Part shown: positions 56,778-63,551 of the stretch, in pieces | How positions within the stretch are numbered: position 1 is the first letter of the stretch | Layout: each line of letters opens with the position of its first letter | Notes under the pieces: generated by a model | Databases searched by the model: none | What the model was told of the DNA's origin: nothing | Seen by the model: the letters and a program-made list of their open reading frames with translations, nothing else | From: a virus | DNA: 64,000 nt | Reading direction: 5' to 3' (one strand) | Virus record (IMG/VR): IMGVR_UViG_3300034349_000008 | Program-made: the position numbers and the translations under genes

Positions 56778-56822
56778 TGACAAAATGCCTCAAATAAACC
56801 ACTTGATATAAAGAGTATTGAA

Positions 56823-57215
56823 ATGCAACTGATTCATGGTATGACACCGATTGAATATGACACCGTTGTCGCTGGTAAGTACACCACAAAAGTACAGAAC
56901 GCGGCTAAACGTGGAATTCATTTTAATATTTCATTGTCTATGTACCGTACTCTTTTCATGCGTAAGAAATGCGCATATACTGGTATCCCTTTGACTTTGC
57001 GTCGGGATGATAACAACAACCTTCCTAAAAACTATGCGACACTTGAACGCATCGATAGTAAGAAAGGTTATGTTGCGGGTAATGTGGTTGTTATCAGTCA
57101 CGAAGCTAACAGCGTTAAAGCTGTATTTGAAAATCCTGCAAGTGGTAGCATGGATGTATCGGCGGCAATCCGCATGTTTGCTAACATTGAAAGATTGCAA
57201 AAGGGTATGAAATAA
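56823..57215 (+). CDS. HNH-family endonuclease-like protein (130 aa)
   Basis: CAYTGIPLTL..ATLERIDSKKGYVAGNVVVISHEANSVK fits the remembered D/ERID..GY..GN......N..K HNH variant. Confidence 0.5.
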   Translation: MQLIHGMTPIEYDTVVAGKYTTKVQNAAKRGIHFNISLSMYRTLFMRKKCAYTGIPLTLRRDDNNNLPKNYATLERIDSKKGYVAGNVVVISHEANSVKAVFENPASGSMDVSAAIRMFANIERLQKGMK

Positions 57216-57219
57216 ACAG

Positions 57220-57247
57220 TTGACACCCTGATTCAAAGCTGTAGAAT
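57220..57247 (+). promoter_or_regulatory. Early-array promoter P3 (TTGACA-16-TAGAAT)
   Basis: Leader AGACCATGTAAAGACAAACAAC. Confidence 0.6.
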
Positions 57248-57288
57248 AGACCATGTAAAGACAAACAACTGACTAAGGATTCACGGTA

Positions 57289-57417
57289 ATGACTTTGTTC
57301 TTCAAATCCCGCACACTGGCACGCGCTTTCACTTCCAAAAATGGTAAGGTTGTAGACATGGGCGCAGACGCTCCAGCCGGTCGCCGTTGGGCTTTCCGTT
57401 TGAACGGGAAGGTGTAA
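57289..57417 (+). CDS. Hypothetical small basic protein (42 aa)
   Basis: Hand translation MTLFFKSRTLARAFTSKNGKVVDMGADAPAGRRWAFRLNGKV. Confidence 0.35.
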   Translation: MTLFFKSRTLARAFTSKNGKVVDMGADAPAGRRWAFRLNGKV

Positions 57418-57419
57418 CA

Positions 57420-57776
57420 ATGGCTATCAAAAGTGTTTCGGTAAAGACAAAACCTTTTACTTTTCAGCCGGGTGACATTGTTTATACTTGCGAGTTTTTC
57501 AGTTCTCAGACTTTAAAAGTTCTCGCACCATTGGAAGTAAATAATGGTATTGAGAAAGTAAAGGTTTTGATTCTTGATAGTAGTTATGCCTATTCTATCG
57601 GGCGTGAAGACTACATTTTCCCCGGTGATTTGGGTGTTCCGGGCTTTGTATACGATGACCGTAAATGCAGTTTGTTCCGTAGTAAGAAAGCAGCGGACGC
57701 CCACGCGGGTGTATACTCTAAATGGTTGGATGAAAATCCACCAGTTGACTATGGTCATTATTGGGATTGGGACTAA
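57420..57776 (+). CDS. Hypothetical protein (118 aa)
   Basis: ATG 57420, in frame with track ORF 57387..57776. Confidence 0.55.
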   Translation: MAIKSVSVKTKPFTFQPGDIVYTCEFFSSQTLKVLAPLEVNNGIEKVKVLILDSSYAYSIGREDYIFPGDLGVPGFVYDDRKCSLFRSKKAADAHAGVYSKWLDENPPVDYGHYWDWD

Positions 57777-57778
57777 TT

Positions 57779-58162
57779 ATGTGGGACTTCAAACAAGCTG
57801 AAAGTGTTTATAAAACTTCTGAGGAAATGTTCTCACAAGCATTAATTTTAGAAGTTGAACGACTTGCACGGGGTGCAATAAACTCGCACCCATGGGCGAA
57901 AAGCTTTTGCATGGCTATGGGGTCCGCATCTTTCGGTTGTGAGTGGGTAGACGACACTGACCCCGAAGATATTTGGGAACATGACGAAAACCTTGACATT
58001 TACGAATTGATGTATGAACAAGGTAGTCCGACAAACTCTTTCGTTATTGACCTTAATGACTTGTTGCAAAAGTACAATGATACGTTTAAAATTACAGGTT
58101 ATCCAATGCGAATCATTCGTGATAACGTAACTAGTGAACTTGTAACCTTGACAGATTGGTGA
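57779..58162 (+). CDS. Hypothetical acidic protein (127 aa)
   Basis: ATG 57779, in frame with track ORF 57761..58162. Confidence 0.55.
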   Translation: MWDFKQAESVYKTSEEMFSQALILEVERLARGAINSHPWAKSFCMAMGSASFGCEWVDDTDPEDIWEHDENLDIYELMYEQGSPTNSFVIDLNDLLQKYNDTFKITGYPMRIIRDNVTSELVTLTDW

Positions 58163-58168
58163 TAGAGA

Positions 58169-58190
58169 GCCCCGCATTGTCGGGGCTTTT
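58169..58190 (+). terminator. Rho-independent terminator
   Basis: GCCCCG/CGGGGC stem followed by TTTT. Confidence 0.8.
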
Positions 58191-58239
58191 CATGCTTGAA
58201 AGAAAGATAAAAGAATTTGAAAATAGGTGTTTAAATGTG

Positions 58240-58267
58240 TTGACTAGTTTTCTAAAGGTTGTAGAAT
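58240..58267 (+). promoter_or_regulatory. Early-array promoter P4 (TTGACT-16-TAGAAT)
   Basis: GAAAATAGGTG upstream. Spacer TTTTCTAAAG. Start region GGGCGTCAAGAAAGG. Confidence 0.65.
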
Positions 58268-58316
58268 GGGCGTCAAGAAAGGGGAAAACCTCTTTCACCA
58301 CTAAAGAGAAAAGATC

Positions 58317-58610
58317 ATGGCTCGTAAAATCACTACTCAAGCTTGCAATGCATTCATGTCGGCTAAAGGTTTTACCCTTGACAATACAACCGTTAGTGTT
58401 TTTGATGGGAAAATTGTATTGAGCTTACATGGTCACACAATCGCACGCCGTGAAGTTGGTTCAAATGAAATTCAGATTACAAATGCTGGATGGTTCTCAA
58501 ACACCACTAAAGAACGTTTGAATGGTCTTCCGGGCGTTTCGGTTGTGCAACGTAAAGGTGTATGGTTCCTGAATGGTAAAGAATGGAACGGTGAGTGGGT
58601 AACAGTTTAA
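58317..58610 (+). CDS. Hypothetical protein (97 aa)
   Basis: Track ORF. Confidence 0.55.
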   Translation: MARKITTQACNAFMSAKGFTLDNTTVSVFDGKIVLSLHGHTIARREVGSNEIQITNAGWFSNTTKERLNGLPGVSVVQRKGVWFLNGKEWNGEWVTV

Positions 58611-58732
58611 TGAAAACACTATTTGAAGTTTGGAAAGGTAAAGCCATTTATCATGATAGTATAAGTGGACTGTTTGAGTCTCAATCCGGCTATCAATCAT
58701 ATGTATTAAGCCATTGTAGAAATAGAGGTTGA
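58610..58732 (+). CDS. Hypothetical small protein (40 aa)
   Basis: Hand translation MKTLFEVWKGKAIYHDSISGLFESQSGYQSYVLSHCRNRG. TAATG overlap. The 3' end overlaps the next -35. Confidence 0.3.
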   Translation: MKTLFEVWKGKAIYHDSISGLFESQSGYQSYVLSHCRNRG

Positions 58733-58756
58733 CAGGTTCTCTAAACCTGATAGAAT
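58729..58756 (+). promoter_or_regulatory. Early-array promoter P5 (TTGACA-16-TAGAAT, TGn)
   Basis: AAATAGAGG upstream. Spacer GGTTCTCTAAAC. Leader CAAGACAACAAACGG. Confidence 0.6.
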
Positions 58757-58790
58757 AACCCATATCAAGACAACAAACGGAATCAAGATT

Positions 58791-58991
58791 ATGAAAACCA
58801 TTCTTCACAACCGAATCAGCGAAACAAGCTACAACGTGGAACTGGCAATCGAAACTGACGCATATGTGGTTACCTATGGTAAGCAGCGCGAAGTTTACGA
58901 AAATACACCCCAAGGTTTGATGCGTGCACTTCAAGAATATATTGAGTGCGTGTACCATGCTGAAACGTGCGAAGGTTTGCACGACGATTAA
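58791..58991 (+). CDS. Hypothetical protein (66 aa)
   Basis: Track ORF. Confidence 0.55.
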   Translation: MKTILHNRISETSYNVELAIETDAYVVTYGKQREVYENTPQGLMRALQEYIECVYHAETCEGLHDD

Positions 58992-59011
58992 AGATTATTG
59001 ATTACATACTG

Positions 59012-59040
59012 TTGACAAGATTAGCAGTATGTGACAAGAT
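59012..59040 (+). promoter_or_regulatory. Early-array promoter P6 (TTGACA-17-CAAGAT)
   Basis: Weaker -10, related to the TAAGAT promoters at 59960 and 61569. Confidence 0.4.
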
Positions 59041-59087
59041 ACCTTAAATCAAGCGACATAACTTACTTCTCTAAAGGATACAAAATC

Positions 59088-59414
59088 ATGAAAGCAGCTC
59101 AATACTGGAACATCGACAACGTTAAATCCTTTCGTGGTATCGATGTTGTAGACGGTGAAATTTCAATGACTAACAGTGAGTATATTGAATTACTTGATGA
59201 GATTTATGGTGACGTGCAAGTGTGCGGGATGACTTTCAGTTCCGGTAGTTTGTTAGAAGATGCAGATCCTACTGCTTTCCGTTGCGGTAAAGGCGACCAT
59301 GAAAGTCAAATTCAGTCGGAACTGGAAGATCAGTTGGAAAATGAGGACGATAGCGATATTGAATTTATTGACGATGAGCTAACAGACGATGAGGAAGAAG
59401 AGGAAGACGAATAA
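59088..59414 (+). CDS. Highly acidic protein (108 aa), candidate DNA mimic
   Basis: ATG 59088 after TTCTCTAAAGGA, in frame with track ORF 59031..59414. C-terminal ELEDQLENEDDSDIEFIDDELTDDEEEEEDE. Confidence 0.55.
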   Translation: MKAAQYWNIDNVKSFRGIDVVDGEISMTNSEYIELLDEIYGDVQVCGMTFSSGSLLEDADPTAFRCGKGDHESQIQSELEDQLENEDDSDIEFIDDELTDDEEEEEDE

Positions 59415-59428
59415 CATTTGATTTATAG

Positions 59429-59452
59429 AAGCGCTCTAGAATGGGCGCTTTT
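59429..59452 (+). terminator. Hairpin terminator (AAGCGC/GCGCTT)
   Basis: 6-bp stem with a 10-nt loop containing TAGAAT, followed by TTTT. Confidence 0.5.
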
Positions 59453-59462
59453 AGTAAACCAG

Positions 59463-59780
59463 ATGAGGTGTAAAGAATTGAAGATTAACGATGTAACCCC
59501 ATTTGTAAGGCAGTGTATTGCCTTGTGGCTGGCAAGTAACAGACAAGCGACCTTCTCTGTTAGTGAGGTTTGCAAATCGCTACAGGATCAACACAAGAGC
59601 TTACAAGACCTAGATTTAACAAAGTCTGTCAGCAATGAACTGATTCGGTTAGAAACTATCGGTTTACTTTCAAGTCGTAAAGGCTTCAAAGGTGAAAGTC
59701 CAAATGAAACAGGAAGACCGCCACGCGTATACAAACGTGTGTATTGTGAACAGTCTTTAAAAGTATTGAGAAGCGTATGA
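59463..59780 (+). CDS. Winged-helix-like DNA-binding protein candidate (about 100-105 aa)
   Basis: ATG 59463, or TTG 59478 after GAGGTG. FSVSEVCKSL..SVSNELIRLETIGLLSSRK looks like an HTH plus wing. The track start 59418 would read through the terminator. Confidence 0.45.
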   Translation: MRCKELKINDVTPFVRQCIALWLASNRQATFSVSEVCKSLQDQHKSLQDLDLTKSVSNELIRLETIGLLSSRKGFKGESPNETGRPPRVYKRVYCEQSLKVLRSV

Positions 59781-59941
59781 CAATCGATTATAAAATGTGT
59801 CGCCTTAATCGGGCAGACGGAAAGGTTAAAGTTTACGTTTATTCAAATGGTGAATGGTTCCGAATCTTTAAAGATTACGAAATCTGCAAGGTTGACAATG
59901 CAAAGCTTTTGATCGATCACCATTTGAATAAAAACGCTTGA
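59777..59941 (+). CDS. Hypothetical small protein (54 aa)
   Basis: Hand translation MTIDYKMCRLNRADGKVKVYVYSNGEWFRIFKDYEICKVDNAK... ATGA overlap. Confidence 0.4.
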   Translation: MTIDYKMCRLNRADGKVKVYVYSNGEWFRIFKDYEICKVDNAKLLIDHHLNKNA

Positions 59942-59965
59942 CAGACACAAACACTGTGCTAAGAT
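59938..59965 (+). promoter_or_regulatory. Early-array promoter P7 (TTGACA-16-TAAGAT)
   Basis: CTTGACA..TGCTAAGATTC, near-identical layout to 61546-74. Confidence 0.5.
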
Positions 59966-60031
59966 TCACCATGTAGACAGCAGGATGTTCGCAGTAGCTG
60001 CCACTGATTCCTAATCGATGAGGCTTGCAAA

Positions 60032-60256
60032 ATGAACGGACGTGAATACAAGAAACACTGCTTAGCTTTGCGTAACCATGCTTTACTGATGTCGGTCGAA
60101 GGTTTGCAGGAAAGTATCCGGGAAGACTGGAACAACCCTAAATGGCCTTCTATCTTGTTTGACGCAATGAATGACGCACTTGAGAAGAAAATGGGCAAGC
60201 ATGCCTATTCTCAGTGGTTTAATTCCCTTGCTGAAAAAGTCGAAGGTGAAGTATGA
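60032..60256 (+). CDS. Hypothetical protein (74 aa)
   Basis: Track ORF. GAGG upstream. Confidence 0.55.
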   Translation: MNGREYKKHCLALRNHALLMSVEGLQESIREDWNNPKWPSILFDAMNDALEKKMGKHAYSQWFNSLAEKVEGEV

Positions 60257-60501
60257 AAAAGCTATGCACATACACCAGCACACACCACACCTACAGCGTC
60301 CCATATGACCGTGTGGCACGCATCTATGAAAGTGAGGAGCCAGTGTTCAAGGGTTGCCACTTCGAAGTATCTACGCACTCAGGTGGCGTCGGGGTGGATT
60401 GGGAATTTAAACCATTCAAGACCTTGCAAGATGCACAGATTTATGCATTACAGTTTGTTGCACCCTCCCATATCCTTTGTAAATTTAAGCCTGAATTGTG
60501 A
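60253..60501 (+). CDS. Hypothetical protein (82 aa)
   Basis: Track ORF. ATGA overlap. Confidence 0.55.
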   Translation: MKKLCTYTSTHHTYSVPYDRVARIYESEEPVFKGCHFEVSTHSGGVGVDWEFKPFKTLQDAQIYALQFVAPSHILCKFKPEL

Positions 60502-60510
60502 AAATAGGTG

Positions 60511-60539
60511 TTGACGCGGGGTAAAGGTCGTGAGACTAT
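60511..60539 (+). promoter_or_regulatory. Early-array promoter P8 (TTGACG-17-GACTAT)
   Basis: GAAAATAGGTG upstream. Leader GAAACAAACAAAGTTATCTAAAGAGG. Confidence 0.45.
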
Positions 60540-60580
60540 AGCCCCGTCGAAACAAACAAAGTTATCTAAAGAGGTGTAAA

Positions 60581-60916
60581 ATGTCAAATCACGTAAAACA
60601 CTGGGAACATGAATCAGCAGAAGCCGGTTTAGAGTGGTTGTTTGATAATTCTACATCTTGGTTACATGCTGATCATATTCATATTTGGACTGGAAGCTTT
60701 GCAACTTTGGATGGCGGTAACCTTACGGGCGGTTATGGTTGGGTTAGTCGTAAGATGTTAGAAGGTCGTGTTTATAGTGTTAGCTGGTCAAATGATTCCG
60801 TAGCTATTTGCTTTCATGACCAAGTATTTATTGACAGGATACAAAATCGGTCGTATCCTGATGAAACTCGCTGTATTAAAGCACGACTACCATTTATTGC
60901 AACTGAGGTTATTTAA
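60581..60916 (+). CDS. Hypothetical protein (111 aa)
   Basis: Track ORF. AGAGG upstream. Confidence 0.6.
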   Translation: MSNHVKHWEHESAEAGLEWLFDNSTSWLHADHIHIWTGSFATLDGGNLTGGYGWVSRKMLEGRVYSVSWSNDSVAICFHDQVFIDRIQNRSYPDETRCIKARLPFIATEVI

Positions 60917-61168
60917 ATGTCTATCTTCGCAACTATCGCTGTAGTTTGCACAATGGCAACCTGTAATGACTATGTGATCGATACGGCACCGACCATGCAA
61001 GATGCAAACCGTAATACTGATATGCATGATGATCGTTTTCTAGCCTTGTGGGGCGATGAAAAGATGTTGACAGATTGGTTGACAGAATTTAAAATCGGTG
61101 AAACTGTTTTCGAAATCGTTTCCCTTGAAATGGAAACAAAAGAGATTGAAGAGGAATTGATTCCATGA
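60917..61168 (+). CDS. Hypothetical acidic protein (83 aa)
   Basis: Track ORF. GAGG upstream. Confidence 0.55.
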   Translation: MSIFATIAVVCTMATCNDYVIDTAPTMQDANRNTDMHDDRFLALWGDEKMLTDWLTEFKIGETVFEIVSLEMETKEIEEELIP

Positions 61169-61356
61169 TGCCATGGGAAACGTTTATACAAGTGATAATC
61201 TTTATCATTATATTCTTTACCTTTGCTGTTTCCTTCCTAATGTACCTTGATGGGTATTGGTCACCGGTAAGGGTTGACAAACGGCGTTTAAATGCTAATA
61301 CCTTTTCAGCTATCGATAGACGAATGGAACTGAAAAGAAATCAAAATAAGTATTGA
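61165..61356 (+). CDS. Small membrane protein (63 aa)
   Basis: TMD FIQVIIFIIIFFTFAVSFLMYL. ATGA overlap. Confidence 0.55.
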   Translation: MMPWETFIQVIIFIIIFFTFAVSFLMYLDGYWSPVRVDKRRLNANTFSAIDRRMELKRNQNKY

Positions 61357-61380
61357 CCTGTTATCTAAAGAGTGTAGAAT
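61353..61380 (+). promoter_or_regulatory. Early-array promoter P9 (TTGACC-16-TAGAAT)
   Basis: Spacer TTATCTAAAG. Start region GGGCGTCAAGAAGGAG, identical over 12 nt to P4. Confidence 0.65.
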
Positions 61381-61430
61381 GGGCGTCAAGAAGGAGAGAA
61401 AAGGTTCTCTCCTAAAGATAAGGTGACAAA

Positions 61431-61526
61431 ATGAACTACTTGCTCGCTTTGCCCGGTGGTGTAGCTATCACCTACATGGTTCTTTCTATGATTCATTACG
61501 GTTCAATCTTGACTGTAGGTATGTAA
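61431..61526 (+). CDS. Hydrophobic micro-protein (31 aa)
   Basis: Hand translation MNYLLALPGGVAITYMVLSMIHYGSILTVGM. AAGGTGA upstream. Confidence 0.35.
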   Translation: MNYLLALPGGVAITYMVLSMIHYGSILTVGM

Positions 61527-61527
61527 A

Positions 61528-61779
61528 ATGATTACCATAACAAGCTTGACACACCCAACAATGATTGCTAAGATTCGACTGGCAATGAAATTAAGTTTTC
61601 TAGGTCAGGGTGAAAAGATGAATGGTCACGGCAACCGCTGTTACATTCAAGACCGTAAAGGTCGCAACATTATGCGCTTGCAATACACCGATAACAAGTT
61701 TACAATATACGGCGATGAGTCGAAAGATATAACCAAACTTGTTTCAGATGCACTAATTAAAGCTCAGAAGAGTAACTAA
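61528..61779 (+). CDS. Hypothetical protein (83 aa, or 53 aa from ATG 61618)
   Basis: Track ORF. A promoter-like element lies inside its 5' part, so the shorter form MNGHGNRCYIQDRKG... may be the real product. Confidence 0.45.
   Translation: MITITSLTHPTMIAKIRLAMKLSFLGQGEKMNGHGNRCYIQDRKGRNIMRLQYTDNKFTIYGDESKDITKLVSDALIKAQKSN
61546..61574 (+). promoter_or_regulatory. Early-array promoter P10 (TTGACA-17-TAAGAT), inside ORF 61528
   Basis: CTTGACA..TTGCTAAGATTC parallels P7. Confidence 0.4.
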
Positions 61780-61781
61780 CA

Positions 61782-61976
61782 ATGAAAAAACATAACTTTC
61801 TTAATGTGTTCAATATCTCGAAAGCCTTGCATCTTCTGGAAAATGGTTTAGATTATGCTGACATGATCGATGATCTTGTAATGGTTGTTGCCCCTGATAA
61901 TACAGTATGGGTATGTAAGGACGACGGCGTTAGTTGTGGGTTTAACTCTTTAAAGTTGGTTCAACGTATTGTTTAA
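61782..61976 (+). CDS. Hypothetical protein (64 aa)
   Basis: Track ORF. Confidence 0.5.
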   Translation: MKKHNFLNVFNISKALHLLENGLDYADMIDDLVMVVAPDNTVWVCKDDGVSCGFNSLKLVQRIV

Positions 61977-62027
61977 TTATTAACAGAAAGTTCTAACAAG
62001 TAAAAAGAACTTTCGATTAATAATTAA
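61973..62027. repeat. 22-bp inverted repeat (20/22 matches) with 11-nt loop
   Basis: TTAATTATTAACAGAAAGTTCT 61973-94 and AGAACTTTCGATTAATAATTAA 62006-27. Confidence 0.7.
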
Positions 62028-62050
62028 CGTAATAACTAATAGGAGTTCTA

Positions 62051-62209
62051 ATGAATAACAAGTATCGCGTAGTAATGACTGATTCGGTTAACGGTGAACG
62101 TTTCACATTTGCGGTTGTATACCATGCAGCTAACGCAAATGTCGCCGGACATATGGCTATGTCTGAGTGGGACAACTTGACAATTGTTGAAACTCGCCGG
62201 GTGTTCTAA
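62051..62209 (+). CDS. Hypothetical small protein (52 aa)
   Basis: Hand translation MNNKYRVVMTDSVNGERFTFAVVYHAANANVAGHMAMSEWDNLTIVETRRVF. AGGAG upstream. Confidence 0.5.
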   Translation: MNNKYRVVMTDSVNGERFTFAVVYHAANANVAGHMAMSEWDNLTIVETRRVF

Positions 62210-62211
62210 AT

Positions 62212-62514
62212 ATGTTTGTAAGGAAATCAAAGTTTGATGCAGTACAGCGACAACGCGAAGTTAATGCTAATGCTTACTGGCAGTTGCAACGCGAGTATCA
62301 CGCGCTAGATAATAAGCATGATGAACTAGTCGAACGTCTGAACAACCTTGTCAGAAAGGTTAACGACAACGGTGGTGTTGAAATGATCGGTAAACGTTCT
62401 CAGTTTACAGACTCAGAACTTCGAAGCCTGTTGCAACTGGTACACCCTGACAAACATGATGGTAAAGAAAGCGCGAAAATTCTTACCCAAAAAATTAACC
62501 AATTGAGAGCTTGA
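62212..62514 (+). CDS. Protein with J-domain-like HPD segment (100 aa)
   Basis: C-terminal ELRSLLQLVHPDKHDGKESAKILTQKINQL resembles J-domain helix II, HPD loop and helix III. Confidence 0.5.
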   Translation: MFVRKSKFDAVQRQREVNANAYWQLQREYHALDNKHDELVERLNNLVRKVNDNGGVEMIGKRSQFTDSELRSLLQLVHPDKHDGKESAKILTQKINQLRA

Positions 62515-62855
62515 CCATGAAAACTTCCGAAGTACTGACTAAAGCAAAAGAACTCATTGCAACACCTGACAAATGGTATCAAGGCGACTATACAAACAAT
62601 AACGGCTGTTTTTGTGCATTGGGTGCAATCGGTGAAGTTTCTTTAAAATCTGATTCTGTTGATGTATGGTATTACGGTTTTGCAAGTGAAAGTAAAGCGG
62701 GAACGCTTTTACGTAAAGTTGTTGACAGTTACATGATTGAAAACGGATACCGCGATAGCACTACGTTTGCCGTATTCAATGACAACAATTCACATGACGA
62801 CGTTATGTCAGCTTTTGATAAAGCGATTGAACTGGCAAAAGCAGAAGAGGACTAA
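62511..62855 (+). CDS. Hypothetical protein (114 aa)
   Basis: Track ORF. ATGA overlap. Confidence 0.55.
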   Translation: MTMKTSEVLTKAKELIATPDKWYQGDYTNNNGCFCALGAIGEVSLKSDSVDVWYYGFASESKAGTLLRKVVDSYMIENGYRDSTTFAVFNDNNSHDDVMSAFDKAIELAKAEED

Positions 62856-62869
62856 CTAAGGTTCTAAAG

Positions 62870-62883
62870 GTTCCACGTGGAAC
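62870..62883. repeat. Perfect 14-bp palindrome GTTCCACGTGGAAC
   Basis: Lies between the stop of 62511..62855 and the terminator/promoter. Preceded by GTTCTAAAGG. Confidence 0.7.
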
Positions 62884-62920
62884 AAAGCCCGCAATCTTAA
62901 TGGTTGACGGGCTTTTCTTT
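62884..62920 (+). terminator. Terminator hairpin whose loop and 3' arm carry the next -35 box
   Basis: AAAGCCCG 62884-91 pairs with CGGGCTTT 62908-15, then TCTTT. Confidence 0.55.
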
Positions 62921-62932
62921 CGTCTGTAGAAT
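62904..62932 (+). promoter_or_regulatory. Early-array promoter P11 (TTGACG-17-TAGAAT)
   Basis: TTGACG 62904-09, TAGAAT 62927-32. Not followed by an SD-led ORF. Confidence 0.5.
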
Positions 62933-62938
62933 GTGTTT

Positions 62939-63028
62939 CATGGTGTGGGGTTTGGCACGAGACAAACGGGGAGGGTGGACGATACATTATCAATCTCTAT
63001 CGATTAGTCTAAAGCTATAGATTTTATT
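62939..63028 (+). ncRNA. Candidate about 90-nt non-coding transcript (G-rich 5' half)
   Basis: Interval between P11 and P12 has no SD-led ORF. GGTGTGGGGTTTGGCACGAGACAAACGGGGAGGGTGGACG, then a weak hairpin TCTAT/ATAGA plus TTTT. Confidence 0.25.
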
Positions 63029-63030
63029 CA

Positions 63031-63059
63031 TTGTACTACTTATCTAAAGGCTGTAGAAT
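63031..63059 (+). promoter_or_regulatory. Early-array promoter P12 (TTGTAC-17-TAGAAT)
   Basis: Spacer CTTATCTAAAGG. Leader GAACAAACAACGAG. Confidence 0.5.
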
Positions 63060-63091
63060 TACTACATCAGAACAAACAACGAGTAACCAAT

Positions 63092-63454
63092 ATGAACAAA
63101 TTGTGGAAATTCACCAGCGACGAAAAGAAACAAATTCGTCAAGCTGCTTTAAAAGCTACAGGTTTGAAGAGGGTGAGTTTGCAACCCGGTCAGCGTGTGT
63201 CGTTGGTGAATCAGGAACATGCCACATCAAATAACCTTCTAATGGTTGACGATGATCCAACCTTCATATTTAACAAGTCCGACCTGTGGTCAGCAGAGGA
63301 TTGGAAGTGGACCTGTAAGGGTGTAGAACTGACAGCAGATGGTCGGGCATTCCTTGACATTTATGTTTACAGTGTGGGTGAATATGGTGAGCTTCAATTG
63401 AACATCGGTGTTTACTATGCTGATGGTAAGATTCAAAAAATATTCAATAATTGA
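63092..63454 (+). CDS. Hypothetical protein (120 aa)
   Basis: Track ORF. CA-rich leader, no classical SD. Confidence 0.55.
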   Translation: MNKLWKFTSDEKKQIRQAALKATGLKRVSLQPGQRVSLVNQEHATSNNLLMVDDDPTFIFNKSDLWSAEDWKWTCKGVELTADGRAFLDIYVYSVGEYGELQLNIGVYYADGKIQKIFNN

Positions 63455-63464
63455 AAAATAAGTG

Positions 63465-63492
63465 TTGACGGTGTGGTTTGTTCCTGTAGAAT
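63465..63492 (+). promoter_or_regulatory. Early-array promoter P13 (TTGACG-16-TAGAAT)
   Basis: GAAAAATAAGTG upstream. Leader AGACCACATAAAGAAGC with hairpin AAGAAGC/GCTTCTT. Confidence 0.6.
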
Positions 63493-63551
63493 AGACCACA
63501 TAAAGAAGCAAAACAGCTTCTTAAGTTAACAACTTCTCTAAAGGTGATAGA

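Noticed and set aside
59418-59462. TTG start at 59418 for the winged-helix candidate
   Set aside because: The extension would be translated through the terminator hairpin at 59429-52 and has no SD. The downstream starts at 59463 and 59478 are more plausible.
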